Source: Marsupella aquatica (Eukaryota; Plantae; Marchantiophyta). From it: a DNA stretch of 64,000 bases. The stretch is from assembly GCA_973895155.1 (NCBI GenBank), contig OZ316893.1, forward strand, positions 16,026,645 through 16,090,644. The letters run 5' to 3'. A program made the position numbers and the translations under genes. This document shows, piece by piece, positions 49,767 to 62,001 of the stretch; position 1 is the stretch's first letter; each line of letters starts with the position of its first letter. The notes below the pieces were generated by a model. That model did no database searches, was not told where the DNA came from, and worked only from the letters and a program-made list of their open reading frames with translations.

Positions 49767-52700
49767 ATGTCTTCCCTAGATGAATGTTACAAGCAGGATG
49801 AAGAAGATGTAACGGCCAAACTGTCGACCGCAGCGGCAAACACGTCAAGTGCAGAGCGCTATTGACTTAAAGGGAAGGAGGTGGCTGATCCTTTAGAGGA
49901 TGGGTCGGATGATGACAACTCCGATGCAACTAGAAGCGAGGACGATGCTGAAGCGAAATCAAAGGAAGAGGGTTAGGACCCAGAAGAGGGACTGATCCCA
50001 GCCTTGAGAGGGTTGAACGCGAAACTAGAGGATGATGTCAAGCCGAACGTCATCGTGGATAATTTGACCAAGGAAAACCAGGGCAATGCGGGTGATGCCT
50101 CAGCCCCGGGAGGTCATGGTGCTTGCAAGATGCGGGGGGTGTCACCAAAATCCACGAGAGAACCTAAGGACAGGCGGCCCGCAAAGGAAAGACCGTTGGA
50201 GGACCGTCCTCATACAACCCGCAAGGGCCCAGCCGCTGACAATAGTCTGGGTCCGTTGACTCAAGACCAACGACTCATTTATGAGCAGTTGGAACACAAC
50301 AAGGGGGCCAGATTAAGTACTTACTTAGTCTGGGTAGTCAGAGTGAGATGCATCCCGAGGGGGGAATGGTAGTTGGACAGAGTATGTTCCAAGTGAACCA
50401 GCTACCGACTCCTCCAACTTACGACGGGGCCTACGAGCAGAGTGGACAAAATTTCCTGAGTTGGCTCTCCACAATGGAGATTCATCTCCAAGCGTGTGTT
50501 GAGCGTTCCACTTGGGCTACTGCAGCCGCTCTGTACCTGAAGGACTATGCCTTGACTTGGTACAAGTCATGGAAGAAGTCACAAGAGGACTCCTCCTTGC
50601 CGTTAACTTGGAAAAACCTGGTTGAGGGACTCCGTGCTCATGTCACCACTAAGTACCTTGAGTGGCACGCTCAAAAATGTGTAAACGAGATGAGCTTCAG
50701 TGGTGATATCCAAAAGTTCATCACTTATTACCAGAACCAGTTGGCGTGTATCCCGGCGGGACAAGAGACCCTACATACACAGCTTCACAACTTTATAGTG
50801 AAGCTCCTGCCATTGCTTAGGGAAAAGTTACAAGAAAAGCGTCATGAGTTCAAAACGCTTTCTGACAAGGCCACTACGTTGGTGAATAACCGATCAAACT
50901 TGGCAAAGGTGGGTGGCAAGGGATCCGAGGGGGAAACTGGGAAAGAAAAAGGTCCAAGGAATAAGTGTAAGCAACCTGAGGGGGCGGGGGCTAGTGGTTT
51001 GGATCCCTAGCCCTAGAATGGAGAAGCTAAGCAAAACCGGAAGGCCGACAACTTCAAGAAAGGAACCTCATCGGCGCAGAAAGCAAAGAAGCAGGCACTC
51101 ATGGAGTAGAGGCAAGCGGAAGGTTCGTGCTTCACGTGTGGTGCCATGGGCCATCAAAGTAAGGATTGTTCCACGAAAAGTGGCAAGCCGAGTGGAGATG
51201 GAGGGGCGAAGAGCATTAAGGTAAGTATCGCTCTAACCGAACCCTTAGTAGCTGACAAGGTCCCTGTAGGGGATGTTCCTGCCGGAGAGAAGGTGTTGTT
51301 GCGAGAGAAGATACCTAAGGTTAAGACAATGGATCCTGAAAAACTGATTTTTGTGAATGTCACTTCTAACGGTAATTTGGGTGTTGCTTTGGTGGATACA
51401 GGCGCGACCGCCTGCTTCATAACTGGGCAGGCGGTAGCACGTCTTGGGGTGGATGTGCAAGAGTTGCTACAACCGTTAGTGTGCAAGTTTGCCAATGACA
51501 CAAAGGGGATAGTGTCGAGAGTAGTACATAGACTTCAAGTAGAGGTCATAGGCGAACAACAAAATTTTGTTAGTTAGGAGATGTTCTACGTCCTAGACGG
51601 TCTAGCTGTAGACTTCATTTTATTGGTAGGTTATCTCAAAAAGTACAATGTTACCTTGAAACCGGGGGGTGAGGTGCTCCATTTTCCCAATAAGGGCGGT
51701 GAGCCCATCGTTGTACACAAAGTTACCAAAAATAAAGAAAGATTTCTTAAAGTAAGTAAAGTGTCGTGCTTGTTTCCGTGTGTATCGGCGAAGCAATGGT
51801 GGAAAGACTTCAAGGGTGGACATGAATGTTTATTCTTTCATCTCCACCCAACTAAGGAGGCTGCTTTGCAGCCAAAGGTCAAGTCAGCTAAGGTCGGGCC
51901 CGACTGCGGTTGAAAATTCCTGAAATTTTAGAGGAATTCTACGATGTGCTCTCGCAGAAGCTACCTAAAGGTTTACCCCTGCGGAGAGAAGTGGATCACC
52001 AAGTTGAGTTGGAGCCAGGTTCGGCTCCTCAGGCTAAAGCTCCTTATCATCTGAACCTGAATGAGCGAATGATGTTGAAGAACGCCTTGGAAGAGTTGAT
52101 CGACCAAGGGTTCATTCGCCCTAGTAAGAGTCCTTATGAGGCGCCCGCGCTGTTTGTGTCCAAAAAGGATGGTACTTTGAGATTGTGCGCAGATTACCGG
52201 GCCCTCAATAAGCAGACGGTAAAGAACAAGTACCCGTTACCTCATATGGATGACCACTTCAATTGCCTCTCTGGGGCTAGGAAGTTTTCAAAGGTGGACT
52301 TGCGATCGGGGTATTACCAGATCCACATGGCTAAGGGAGACGAGTATAAGACCGCGATGCGCACAAGGTTCGGATCCTATGAGTTTTTCGTTATGCCGTT
52401 CGGGTTGTGTAATGCAACCGAAACGTTCATGAAGATGATGAATACCATCTTCCATGACTTGTTGGACCAAGGGTGGTAGTCTTTATTCATGACATCCTAA
52501 TCTACTAAAAAACGTTGGAGGAACATGAGCAGTTGCTCAGAGAAGTGTTCTCTCGCCTTCGTAAGGCTCATCTCTTTGCTAAACCTAGCAAGTGCAAGTT
52601 TGCGATGAACAAAATTCAGTTCCTCGGCCATACCTTTACCCCGGAAGGGATTACGCCTAGTCAAGACAAGCTTAAGGAGATCAAAGAATGGGAACGCCCG

Positions 52701-54465
52701 TCCAATGTAAGGTAGGTTAGAGCCTTCTTAGGATTTACGGGGTTCTATCGGAGATACATGAAAGACTATGCGAGGATCGTGAGGCCCCTAAACGTGCTAA
52801 CGTTGAAAAACAAAGTGTTTTTGTGGACAGAGGATTGCGAGTTAGCATTCCTAGAACTTAAGCAGTTAATGATTACACCACCGGTTCTAAAGTTACATGA
52901 GATGGGGAAGCCGTCCGAGATTTGGACAGACGCAAGTGATTATGCCATTGGCGTCTATCTTCACCAAGATGGGCGTCCTGTGGCCTTCGAGTCATGCAAG
53001 TTGGAAAATCATTGGATCACACCGGAAAGGGAAATGTATGCTATGATCTATGTGTTAAAGAAGTGGGAGATTTACCTTAAGAACGGTCCCAAAGTGGTAA
53101 TCCACATAGATAGCTCGCCGGCCGGGTACTTGAGTTCTAAGCCAAGACTGAACCCCAAGGAAATGCGCTGGCAGATGTTCTTGGCGGATTTTGATTTCGA
53201 AGTCCGCCACGTTCCAGGGAAGACAAATACGGCAGCTGACGCATTATCGCATAAGGACCAACATCGTGTCAATGGGATCACGATGCTCGAATCCGAGTGG
53301 CCAAAGGTTTTGGCCGCAGCATATGGGGATGACAGGTTAGCTAAGGAATGGCAAAGCAATGGGGGTAGCCAAGGCAAGGTAAGGCACGTATTGTTGGGGT
53401 TGGATACGACGCATAATGTTCAATTATGGCAATACAAGCAGAGGCGTGTGTACATACCAGAGTCTCTAAGGTTAGAGGTTCTGAAAAAGTACCATGACTC
53501 GCCCTGGGGAGGGCATGGAGGACAAGCCGCTACGTATCGCAGCATGTCGCGAGATGTGTATTGGCCGGACATGAAGCAATCGGTCCTTCAACATGTGCAA
53601 AGTTGTTACTCGTGCCAAAAGAACCGAACAGTCTATAGGGCAAAAGGAGGACTGCTCCAACCCTTACCAGTAGCTGTGGCTCCATGGGAGTCTATCTCCA
53701 TGGACTTCATTGTTGGGTTACCTGAGTCCCACGGCAATAACTCCATCTTAACAATTGTGGATTGTTTTTCCAAGATGGCGTATTTCCTGCCTACTATGAA
53801 GATGGTTTTGGCACGAGAGGTTGCCGGTCTAGTGTTTGACAATGTCTTCCGACAGTGGGGATTGCCGTTGCATATCCTATCCGATTGCGATACCAAGTTC
53901 ACGGGCCACTTTTGGAAGGCGTTGTTCCGGTTATCCGGAACAGACCTGACTAGGGGATCATGAGATAGATGGCCAAACGGAACGGGTTAATGGTATTGTG
54001 GAGGACTACTTGCGTCACTTTGTGACGGCCAATCAAAAGGATTGGGCAAAGCACTTAACGATGGTCGAGTTTAGGTATAACTCGACCAAGCATTTGGAGA
54101 AGGGGTTTGCGCCGTTTGTGTTGGCCACAGGGAGGATGCCAAGGGCGCCCTCCTGGTTTATAAATCCTGAAGCTTGGCGGACGGAAAGCAAGGTCCCTTC
54201 TACGGATGATTTTATTCAAGAGCGACGCCTAGTTGTGGAAGCGGCTACCAAGGGTATGACCCTTGCCCAAAGTCGGTACAAGGAGCAAGGGGATAAACAT
54301 CGATGTCAGGTAAGCTTTGAAATTGGGGAGAGTGTCTGGTTGCAGTTGAGACCTGAGCAATACCACGGGAACATAAGTAGGAAGCTGGCTCCCAGATATG
54401 CGGGGCCCTATCGCATCATACAATGGGCCCACAAGGATAATCCGGTTTTGGTGGTGTTGGAATAA
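49767..54465 (+). pseudogene. Gypsy gag-pol pseudogene (gag, CCHC, protease, RT, RNase H, integrase truncated)
   Basis: [110 protein letters not shown]; multiple stops and frameshifts. Confidence 0.93.
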
Positions 54466-55102
54466 TCAGATGATTAAGCACCGAAAGACCACACCGTACA
54501 ACCCAAGAGCTAATGGGCTAACCGAAAGAGCTAACGGACTAATGGGAAAAATACTGAACAAAATGGTGGAGGCACATAAAACTGATTGGGACATTAAAGT
54601 CCACTCTGCTTTATGGGCCTACAGAACCGCAGAAAAGATTACCACCTTAAGGACACCATTTTATTTAACTTTTGGTATGCATAGTGTTACCCGCATTGAA
54701 TTTGAATTACCTACTGAGCGGCTTCTGATCTCCGAGAGATTACCTGAACTTGATAGTTTCCACACTAGGCTGGAAATTCTAGATGAATTGGAAGAAAATA
54801 GGCTTCTAGCCTTACAACATACTATTCACCAACAAGACAAACGGAAGATAGCCTATGACAAGAACTTAAAAGTACAGACACTGCAACCGGGAGACTTGGC
54901 TCTTGTTTATGACTCTAGGTATATGTTTTTCCCGGGGAAGCTTCACACTCACTGGATAGGCCCTTACAAAGTGGTTACTGTATGGCCAAATGGGTCTTTA
55001 ACCTTGGAAACCTTGGAAACCTTGGATGGAGAACCTCTTGCAACAAGAATAAATGGTTTCAGGGTGAAGAAATATTATTTACCTCATTCTGAAGGCTTGT
55101 GA
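54462..55102 (+). pseudogene. C-terminal integrase fragment of a second, non-chromovirus Gypsy
   Basis: KHRKTTPYNPRANGLTERANG..DWD..SALWAYRT..TPFYLTFG..GKLHTHWIGPY..NGFRVKKY; followed by PPT GAGGAGAGGG (55119-55128). Confidence 0.88.
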
Positions 55103-55131
55103 GGGCACGGCGCCGCTTGAGGAGAGGGCTA

Positions 55132-57254
55132 TGTAAGTAGTGGGTAATTCCAAAAGCATGAAGAAACTGAAAATTTTTAAATTTTTTATGGTGTTTAAAC
55201 TCTAATTATTGCTAACATAGCGGAGATAGCATTCTGTCTACAAGTTACGGGTTCCCAAGTTTAAAGTTACGAGTAAACTCCCGTTACGAGTTTACGAGTT
55301 TACGAGTTACTAGTTACTAGTATCCTGGTTTACGAGTTTATGAGTTAGCGATTGATTACTAGTTACGACTTTACTAGTTACGACTTTACTAGTTGTGCCT
55401 TGCGAGTCGGCGACTGGTGATCGCGACGTCTTACGGCTACTTTCAACGGGACTTAACAACGGGATGGCGAGCGCGTATTGAAGTAAAGGCAAGTTAGACC
55501 TCGGGCGCTCACTCCTGACTTAATTCCTGCCTTCTCCATTGATTATCCCGGCCTCCCCATTTCTTTGCGCTACTACAAGAAACAATTTGAGCTATGGCTG
55601 ACCTGGGAGTTGATGAGCAGTACCGAGTTGATGCATTGGCAATTCCTAAGAGCGTAGTCGCTCGAATCCCACAAGCGCCCGATAGTTATGCGAATTTATA
55701 GACTTCATTACAACAGCTAGGTTTGGGGCATCTACTTGTCGTTCCTTGGGAAGTAGAGCTCGACTCATACTTGCAAGATTTTGTGAAGGGATCAGTGCTT
55801 GCTCCTGAATTTCGACAGACTATTCGAGCACGACCCAGCTTATGGACTGTGGAGCAAATTGCTCATGCCTTTCGCTGCCCTTCAGAAGGAGAAGGATTGT
55901 ATTCGAAGAAGAAAGATTTATCTACACCCTACTTCTCTGGGATTCGCAATCTCACAAATGGCTGGAATTTAACACAGTGTACTTATCCAGATTTGAGAGT
56001 GCTTCTGGAATTTCTAGTACCCATTTTACACCCGAAAAAGCCAACCATCTGTCCAGTGGCTTTGGTGAATACAATTGTAGCTGCACACAGTGGAGCCATC
56101 CAGGTGAATTGGGCCTTGTTAATTTTCAATGTGATGAAGGATCAGGTGAGGACCATGAAGGCAGGCAGACCCACTCATCTGCAGGTTTATTTGTCCCAAC
56201 TCTATCAGTCTTATGATTGTTTATACCCAGAGGAGAGAACGGAAAGAGGGTTACTCCTGATTGAGTTAGGCATTGAAGAAGACATAAGTATGGAAGAACC
56301 AGTGGATGCTATTCCCCTGGATTCTCATGATCAGAATGTGGATGAGATGGAATTTGAAGGTACACCTGCTCATAACTTAGAGTTGGTTCGACACCCCCTG
56401 GATAACCTGGTGTATTCACCAGGAGTTAATATGAGAGATCAATCTGGAGCTGAAGGAGATGAATACTTCTCTGAGCAACAAGAAGGTGTTGCAGATCCAA
56501 CTACTGCTGTCGACCTAAGGACCAGTTTATTCACACCTTCAAAAGCACAATCGAATCAGCAACTCATTGATAAGTTGACATCTCTTCTCAGTTGCAGTGA
56601 TGTTGGTCTTTATGATGCTTTCAATAATTTAAGAATGGAAGCTGTCAGTTTGAAGTCACCATTCCCTGACCAGTTAAGCCCTATTAGGATGACCTCTCCC
56701 CCAAGAGAGTCAACACCAATGGAATATGTGACTCTCGCCCCTACTCCTCAACAGGTCCCCCTTCTAAAATCAAGTGACCCTGTTCCAGTAACAGACAATA
56801 TCAGCTGTGCAGCTATTGTGGATGAACTACTGGAGATACTACAATGTGAACCTCAACAGATAGTGTCTGTAGTTAGCAACTTGGTGCAGCAATGTCCCAC
56901 TCCTACCCCTTCTCCTAGTACAAGATCCCACCCTTACAGTCCTGATTCCAATTATGAACCCACAGAAGGACCGCCCTACCATCAGTCACAATATGAGCCC
57001 CCTTATGTTCGAGAGGACCTACCTGAAGATTCTGATCCCCCCTCTAATTTTGATTCCATTCGATCCTATGATAACACTTTAACACCATCACCAAGGCAGG
57101 GATTTGAAGATGTTGACACTACCCTAAGGTCTAATCCCAACTTAGTAGCAATTGTCACCTCATCTACTCAAACACCCCGGAATGCCACCATCGAGAACAG
57201 ATATCCGAGACCTCCAGAGTTCAAAGTACGCAGGTATGTGGAGACTTGTAAAAT
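55132..57254 (+). repeat. 3' LTR (truncated) of the second Gypsy, copy X
   Basis: TGTAAGTAGTGGGTAATT begins 3 nt after the PPT; homologous to 60591(-) TGTGAGTATTGGGTAATA. Confidence 0.75.
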
Positions 57255-57279
57255 TGATCTCGAACTCATAGATTCATGA
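55594..57279 (+). pseudogene. LTR-embedded accessory protein, copy X (TAG at 55699, 3'-truncated)
   Basis: MADLGVDEQYRVDALAI..LEFLVPILHPKKPTICPVALVNTIVAAHSGAIQVNWALLIFNVMKDQV..RYVETCKI; paralogue of copy Y. Confidence 0.8.
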
Positions 57280-60200
57280 TCAACTAGTTTAACACAAAGA
57301 AGAGGCAAAAATGCATAACTTTACCATAGACTACACTAGTGGTGGAGGGGTTTTATAGTAAAAAACCTACAGGGTAAGAGGTCATAGGGTCGAAGAGACA
57401 TGCCTCTTCATACCTCTCAAAAAGTTAAAATGGCAATTCAGTAAGTGAAAAGCCGGAAAAGTGGCTAAGTATGAACCCGTAAACCCTTAGAAGCGTAAAA
57501 GCGTAAAAGCGTAAAAACGTATAAGCGTAAAAGCGTATTCCGGTACACTTAAAAACTTACAAATTCAACTATTTTTAACTTTCTACTCCTGGTCCGAAAA
57601 ACTCTGAAATTTTGCCAGTAGGGTTTTCCTAGGTACAGACTACCTATTGAAGAAGTCTCATAGCTTTTAAAGCTCTATAACACATTTTGAAAAATAGGGA
57701 AAGATGCACTATTCTTAAAACTAACTAAAAACACTTAGACTACTCCTCAAGCTTGTTGTCGGATGTCTTCTGGTTCGAGAAGCTCCACGAGGGTAACAGT
57801 CCGAGCTTGAGTAACTTCCATCAGCTCAGCCTGGCGTGGGGATCCTCGAGAGTAGGGTAGGCATCTCAGTTGCCTTTCAGGATACATCAGGGGCATTCTC
57901 TTCCTTAGATAACATATGTCTATTTGAAGAGCTTCTCTATACATCCCAATCACGTCATAATTATTGCAAGTAGCAGCATATACTTGGGGATAATGGTATA
58001 GGAATTCATCAGAGTTCAGCATCCTGGAATAGAAAGGGTGAAGCCTCCATTTGACATCTCTGAAATACCGGTTGAAGTTGGCTAGAGTTTGAGAGGTGAC
58101 ATTGTTCCAGATTCTTTGTTTCTCGGCTAATGAACTGGTTGAAACAAGGGTAACCTTGGGCTCTCGAGGAAGGTAAGCGTTCTGGGGAGAAGTAGATTTC
58201 TTACTCTGCATGAGAAAAGAAACCACAAAATCTAGGGCATAAGCTACCAAATTTCCAAAATATGCCAGAACTAAATCTGGATCCTCCACCTCTACATCAC
58301 CCTGAAGTAGCATCACAACAAGAATAGGTTGGAAGTAGAGAGAGTCAGTCCAGAACTCATTGAATTGTGCCATCTCTACTCTGGAAGTTCCAAAACACCT
58401 GAGGTCGAAGATATAACTGGCCTCTGTCTTCTTGAGATAGTAGTATCTCCAGAACTCTCCAATCGGTGGTCTGTTGGCCTGCATTATCTTACAGGTCTCC
58501 ACATACCTATGCACTTGGGACTCTGGATGTCTCGGGTATCGACTCTCGATGGTGGCATTCCGAGGTGTCTGAGTAGATGAGGTGACAACTGCTATTAAGT
58601 TTGGATTGGATCTTAAGGCAGTATCAACATCTTCAAATCCCTGCCTTGGGGATGACTCAAGAGAATTATCATAAGATCTATAAGTTTCACCATCTGAGGG
58701 TGGATCAGAGTCTTCAGGTAGATCCTCTCTGCCGTAAGGGTGCTCATATTGTGACCAATTGTAGTGGGTCCTTCTGTGGGTTTGTAGTTGGAATCAGGGC
58801 TGTAAGGTTGCGAACCTGGGCTAGGAGTGGGACTAGCAGTTGGACATTGTTGGATCAAGTTGCGGACCACGGATGCTATCTGTCGAGGTTCACACTGAAG
58901 TATTTCTAGCAAGTCATCCACAATGGCCACACAGCTGGTAGTATCTGCTACTGGAACAGGTTCACTTGTTTCTAGGGGAGGGGGCTGACATACAGTGATA
59001 GAAGTACAAATCACAAACTCCATTGGTGCTGGTTCTCTTGGGGAAGAGGTCATTCTGACAGGACTTAGCTGATCATGAAATGGTGATCTCAAACTAACAG
59101 CCTCCATTCTCAAATTATTAACAGCATCATATAGTCCATCATCACTGCAACTGAGGAGAGATGTCAACTTATCAATAAGCTGCTGATTCGACTCTGCCTT
59201 CGAAGGAGTGGACCTGGTGGTCACATGAGGAGTAGCATCAGTTGGTGTAGCAACATCGTTGTTGATGAATGTTCCTTACTCCTTCAACTTCTAGTGGATC
59301 TGCACCTATGGTCCGACTGGGAGAATGCTCATCACTCATTGGATAGTAATCGACTTCCCTGCTATGCATAGGAGAATGTGTAGGGACTTATAATGAAGTA
59401 TCCTCCATAGGAACATCAGCATTCTCCTCAACGTTCTGATCATTCGAATTCAATGGGGTGACATGTACAATGTCCTCCATGGGAATTTCTTCTTCAATAC
59501 CCAGGTCAATCAGGAGTAACCCCCTCTCTGTCTCTTCCTCTAGATATAAACAGTCATGGGTATAATAGAGCTGAGAGAGATAATTATGTAAGCAAGTGGT
59601 CCTCCCTGCTTCCAAGCTCCTTACTTGATCCTTCATTACATTAAACAGAAGTAGGGCCCAATTTACTTTTATAGCTCCACTGTGAGCAACTACAATGGTG
59701 TTAGCCAAGGCCACAGGACAGAGAGTTGGCTTTTTCGGATGAAGAATGGGTACCAGAAATTCCATGAGTACCTTCAATTCAGGATAAGTACACTGGGACA
59801 AGTTCCAACCATTCTTGGAATTTCGAGTTCCTGAGAAGTATGGAGTAGATAAGTCCCGCTTCTTGGAATATAATGCCTCTCCTTTTGACGGGCATCCAAA
59901 GGCGTAAGCAATTTGCTCAACAGTCCATAGGCTGGGGTGAGCTCGAATCATTCGCCTGAATTCAATCGGGATGATAGTCCCCTTCACAAAATCCTGCAAG
60001 TAGGAGTCGAGCTCGACATTCCAGGGGATCTTGAGCAAGCGCTCCAATCCTAAGTGTTGTAAAGAGTCTTGTAAATTAGAAAGACTATCAGGCGCTCGTG
60101 CTATACGAGCTGCCACTACTTTTGAGACTGCTAGAGCTTCAATTTGATACTGTTCCTCAGCACCCAGGGTCGCCATTGCTGCGATGGTGATTTGCGTGCT

Positions 60201-60591
60201 GCAAAGGTTGCTTTCGAAGAGAAAGAGCAAGTGAATAGGGGTGGTGAAAAGACAGGACTGAGTGCCTGAACTCTGTGCTTGATTCCTATCAAGGCATGAA
60301 GTCCCCGTTCCATTGCTAAGTCCCGTTGCGAAGTTAGCCGTAGCGCCGTAACGTGAACTTTCCTTAAAAGCGTAAGGCGTAAGCCGTAATCCCGTATTGG
60401 CGTAAACTCGTAATATCATAAACCTGTAAACCCATAAACTCATAACGCTTATACGCGTAAATGCATAATCCCGTTATAAAGTATACCCGTAGTTTACACT
60501 TGGCACTTTAATAGCAACAGTAGGTTTAAACACTGTAAAAAGTTTAAATTTTTCAGTAATTTCAGGTTTTCGGTATTACCCAATACTCACA
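57255..60591 (-). repeat. LTR of same family, copy Y, inverted, inserted in the host 3' LTR
   Basis: Starts TG at 60591, exactly where host LTR homology resumes (TAGGCCATCC); left end tentative. Confidence 0.7.
57747..60176 (-). pseudogene. LTR-embedded accessory protein, copy Y (about 800 codons, disrupted)
   Basis: ATG 60176 MATLGAEEQYQIEALAV..; pieces 60176-59388, 59224-58613 and 58514-57747 are colinear with copy X and extend it by a ~250-aa C-terminal domain. Confidence 0.8.
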
Positions 60592-61996
60592 TAGGCCATC
60601 CAGGGAGGACTTAGCATGGGGAGACTTGTGGGCAATGAGACGTGGCACTAGCGAGGCAAGGAGCCAAGCTGGGGACACACACTAGGACTTGGACTAGCTG
60701 ATAGCGGGTCGGGTCAAAGGGAAATGGGTCAGGCTCGAGGATGGCGGTCCGGACCTCCGGATGGACTTTGAGTTCTTAGGGCTTGAGTGTGAGCTCCTCT
60801 TGGGCCCAAGGCCAATGGAGTTGACGCCATGGGCAACGGATGCTTGGGGCGCAAGGTAAGGCCCGATCCAGGTTGGGCCGGTCGGGGGCCCTGAGCAACG
60901 ATGAGACCTGAGGGCCTAGGCATGAGCACTCGGTCGGCCCGATCGCAATGGGCTAAGCCACTCCGCTTGCGGATGCCTAACGAGAAAGTTATGGGCGTTG
61001 CCAGTTGGTGGCGCCCATTATGCGCGATAGGATCCGGGTTGGGGGCCAAATGTTTAGGGACCAAAGCTGGTCCGGGGGTGGCAGGTCTCCAGAAGCATAT
61101 ATGAGGGGAGTGGTGTCTCCCTGGGGGCTAAGGGCGAGCCGAAGTCGTGAGCCGCGGCGGCGCGACTCTAAGGGAATCGCCAAACGGAAATGGTGATATC
61201 TTCCCAACGGGAAGTCCGTTGGAGGACTTCTTGGGTGCATTGGAAAGCTCTTGAGGAGGGCTACACCCTCATGAGCTCAGCTGGGTCTGGGGGTACCTTA
61301 GGTTCTTGGGGTTTGTGGGTGTTAACTTGCCCACTTGCCAAATCCTGCCAAATAGTAGCCCAGCCACATTCAGTGTCCCAAGGGAGCTTGCGTTGGGGAG
61401 GCAAGGCCAAGTAGGTGTGGAGGTTGAGTCCCAAGAGTGTTTGGCCCCTAGACCATCAATGAGGTGAACTGGGAGTGGATTCTAGGGTCGGGCCATTCTA
61501 GTCCCGACGTGTTGGGACAAGCTTGGGACAAACTTTAGGACAAGCTACGCTATTTGGGCCATGAGCATGTCCTGAGGTCAGGGCGGTCAGTTGGTGATGG
61601 ATAGGTACGAGGGGGAACCCGGGCCGCGCCCAAGGAAGGAGCTGTTATGGACAAATAGTGGGCGTGGGTTCTGGTTTCGGCTTATGGCATCGGGAGGACC
61701 TATCGCTGACCTATTTACCAATGCCTATTGAGCTTGAGTAGGATGCTAGACTTGGCGAGTTCTAGATCCTGATGGGTTACTTACCGAGGCGCTTGGTTGC
61801 TTGTGCAGATAGGGAGGACCGTTGAGTAGCGGTCGTGTTAGAGAGCAAGTACGGCTTCATATGGGAGGGGCCGCTGGCGGTGCAAGGGGCACTAGTTTAC
61901 TTGCTCGAGGTATTCCGTGGAGGCGTTCGGGCACCAGGGGCACTTAGGCATGAGTGTTGGGATTGGTGACGGTGCTGGGTGGCAAGGTCCACCACT
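60592..61996 (+). repeat. Gypsy 3' LTR lacking first ~82 bp
   Basis: Highly similar to 48188-49533; ends GGTCCACCACT. Confidence 0.9.
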
Positions 61997-62001
61997 GTAT
62001 G

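Larger units (their letters stand above)
48106..61996 (+). mobile_element. Ty3/Gypsy chromovirus-type (Tcn1/Galadriel-like) retrotransposon, decayed, with nested foreign segment
   Basis: 5' LTR 48106-49533, PBS, gag-pol, 5'-truncated 3' LTR 60592-61996; TSD GTATG (48101-48105, 61997-62001). Confidence 0.85.

Noticed and set aside
55001-55027. LETLETL repeat in the integrase fragment
   Set aside because: A simple 9-bp slippage duplication in a dead copy.
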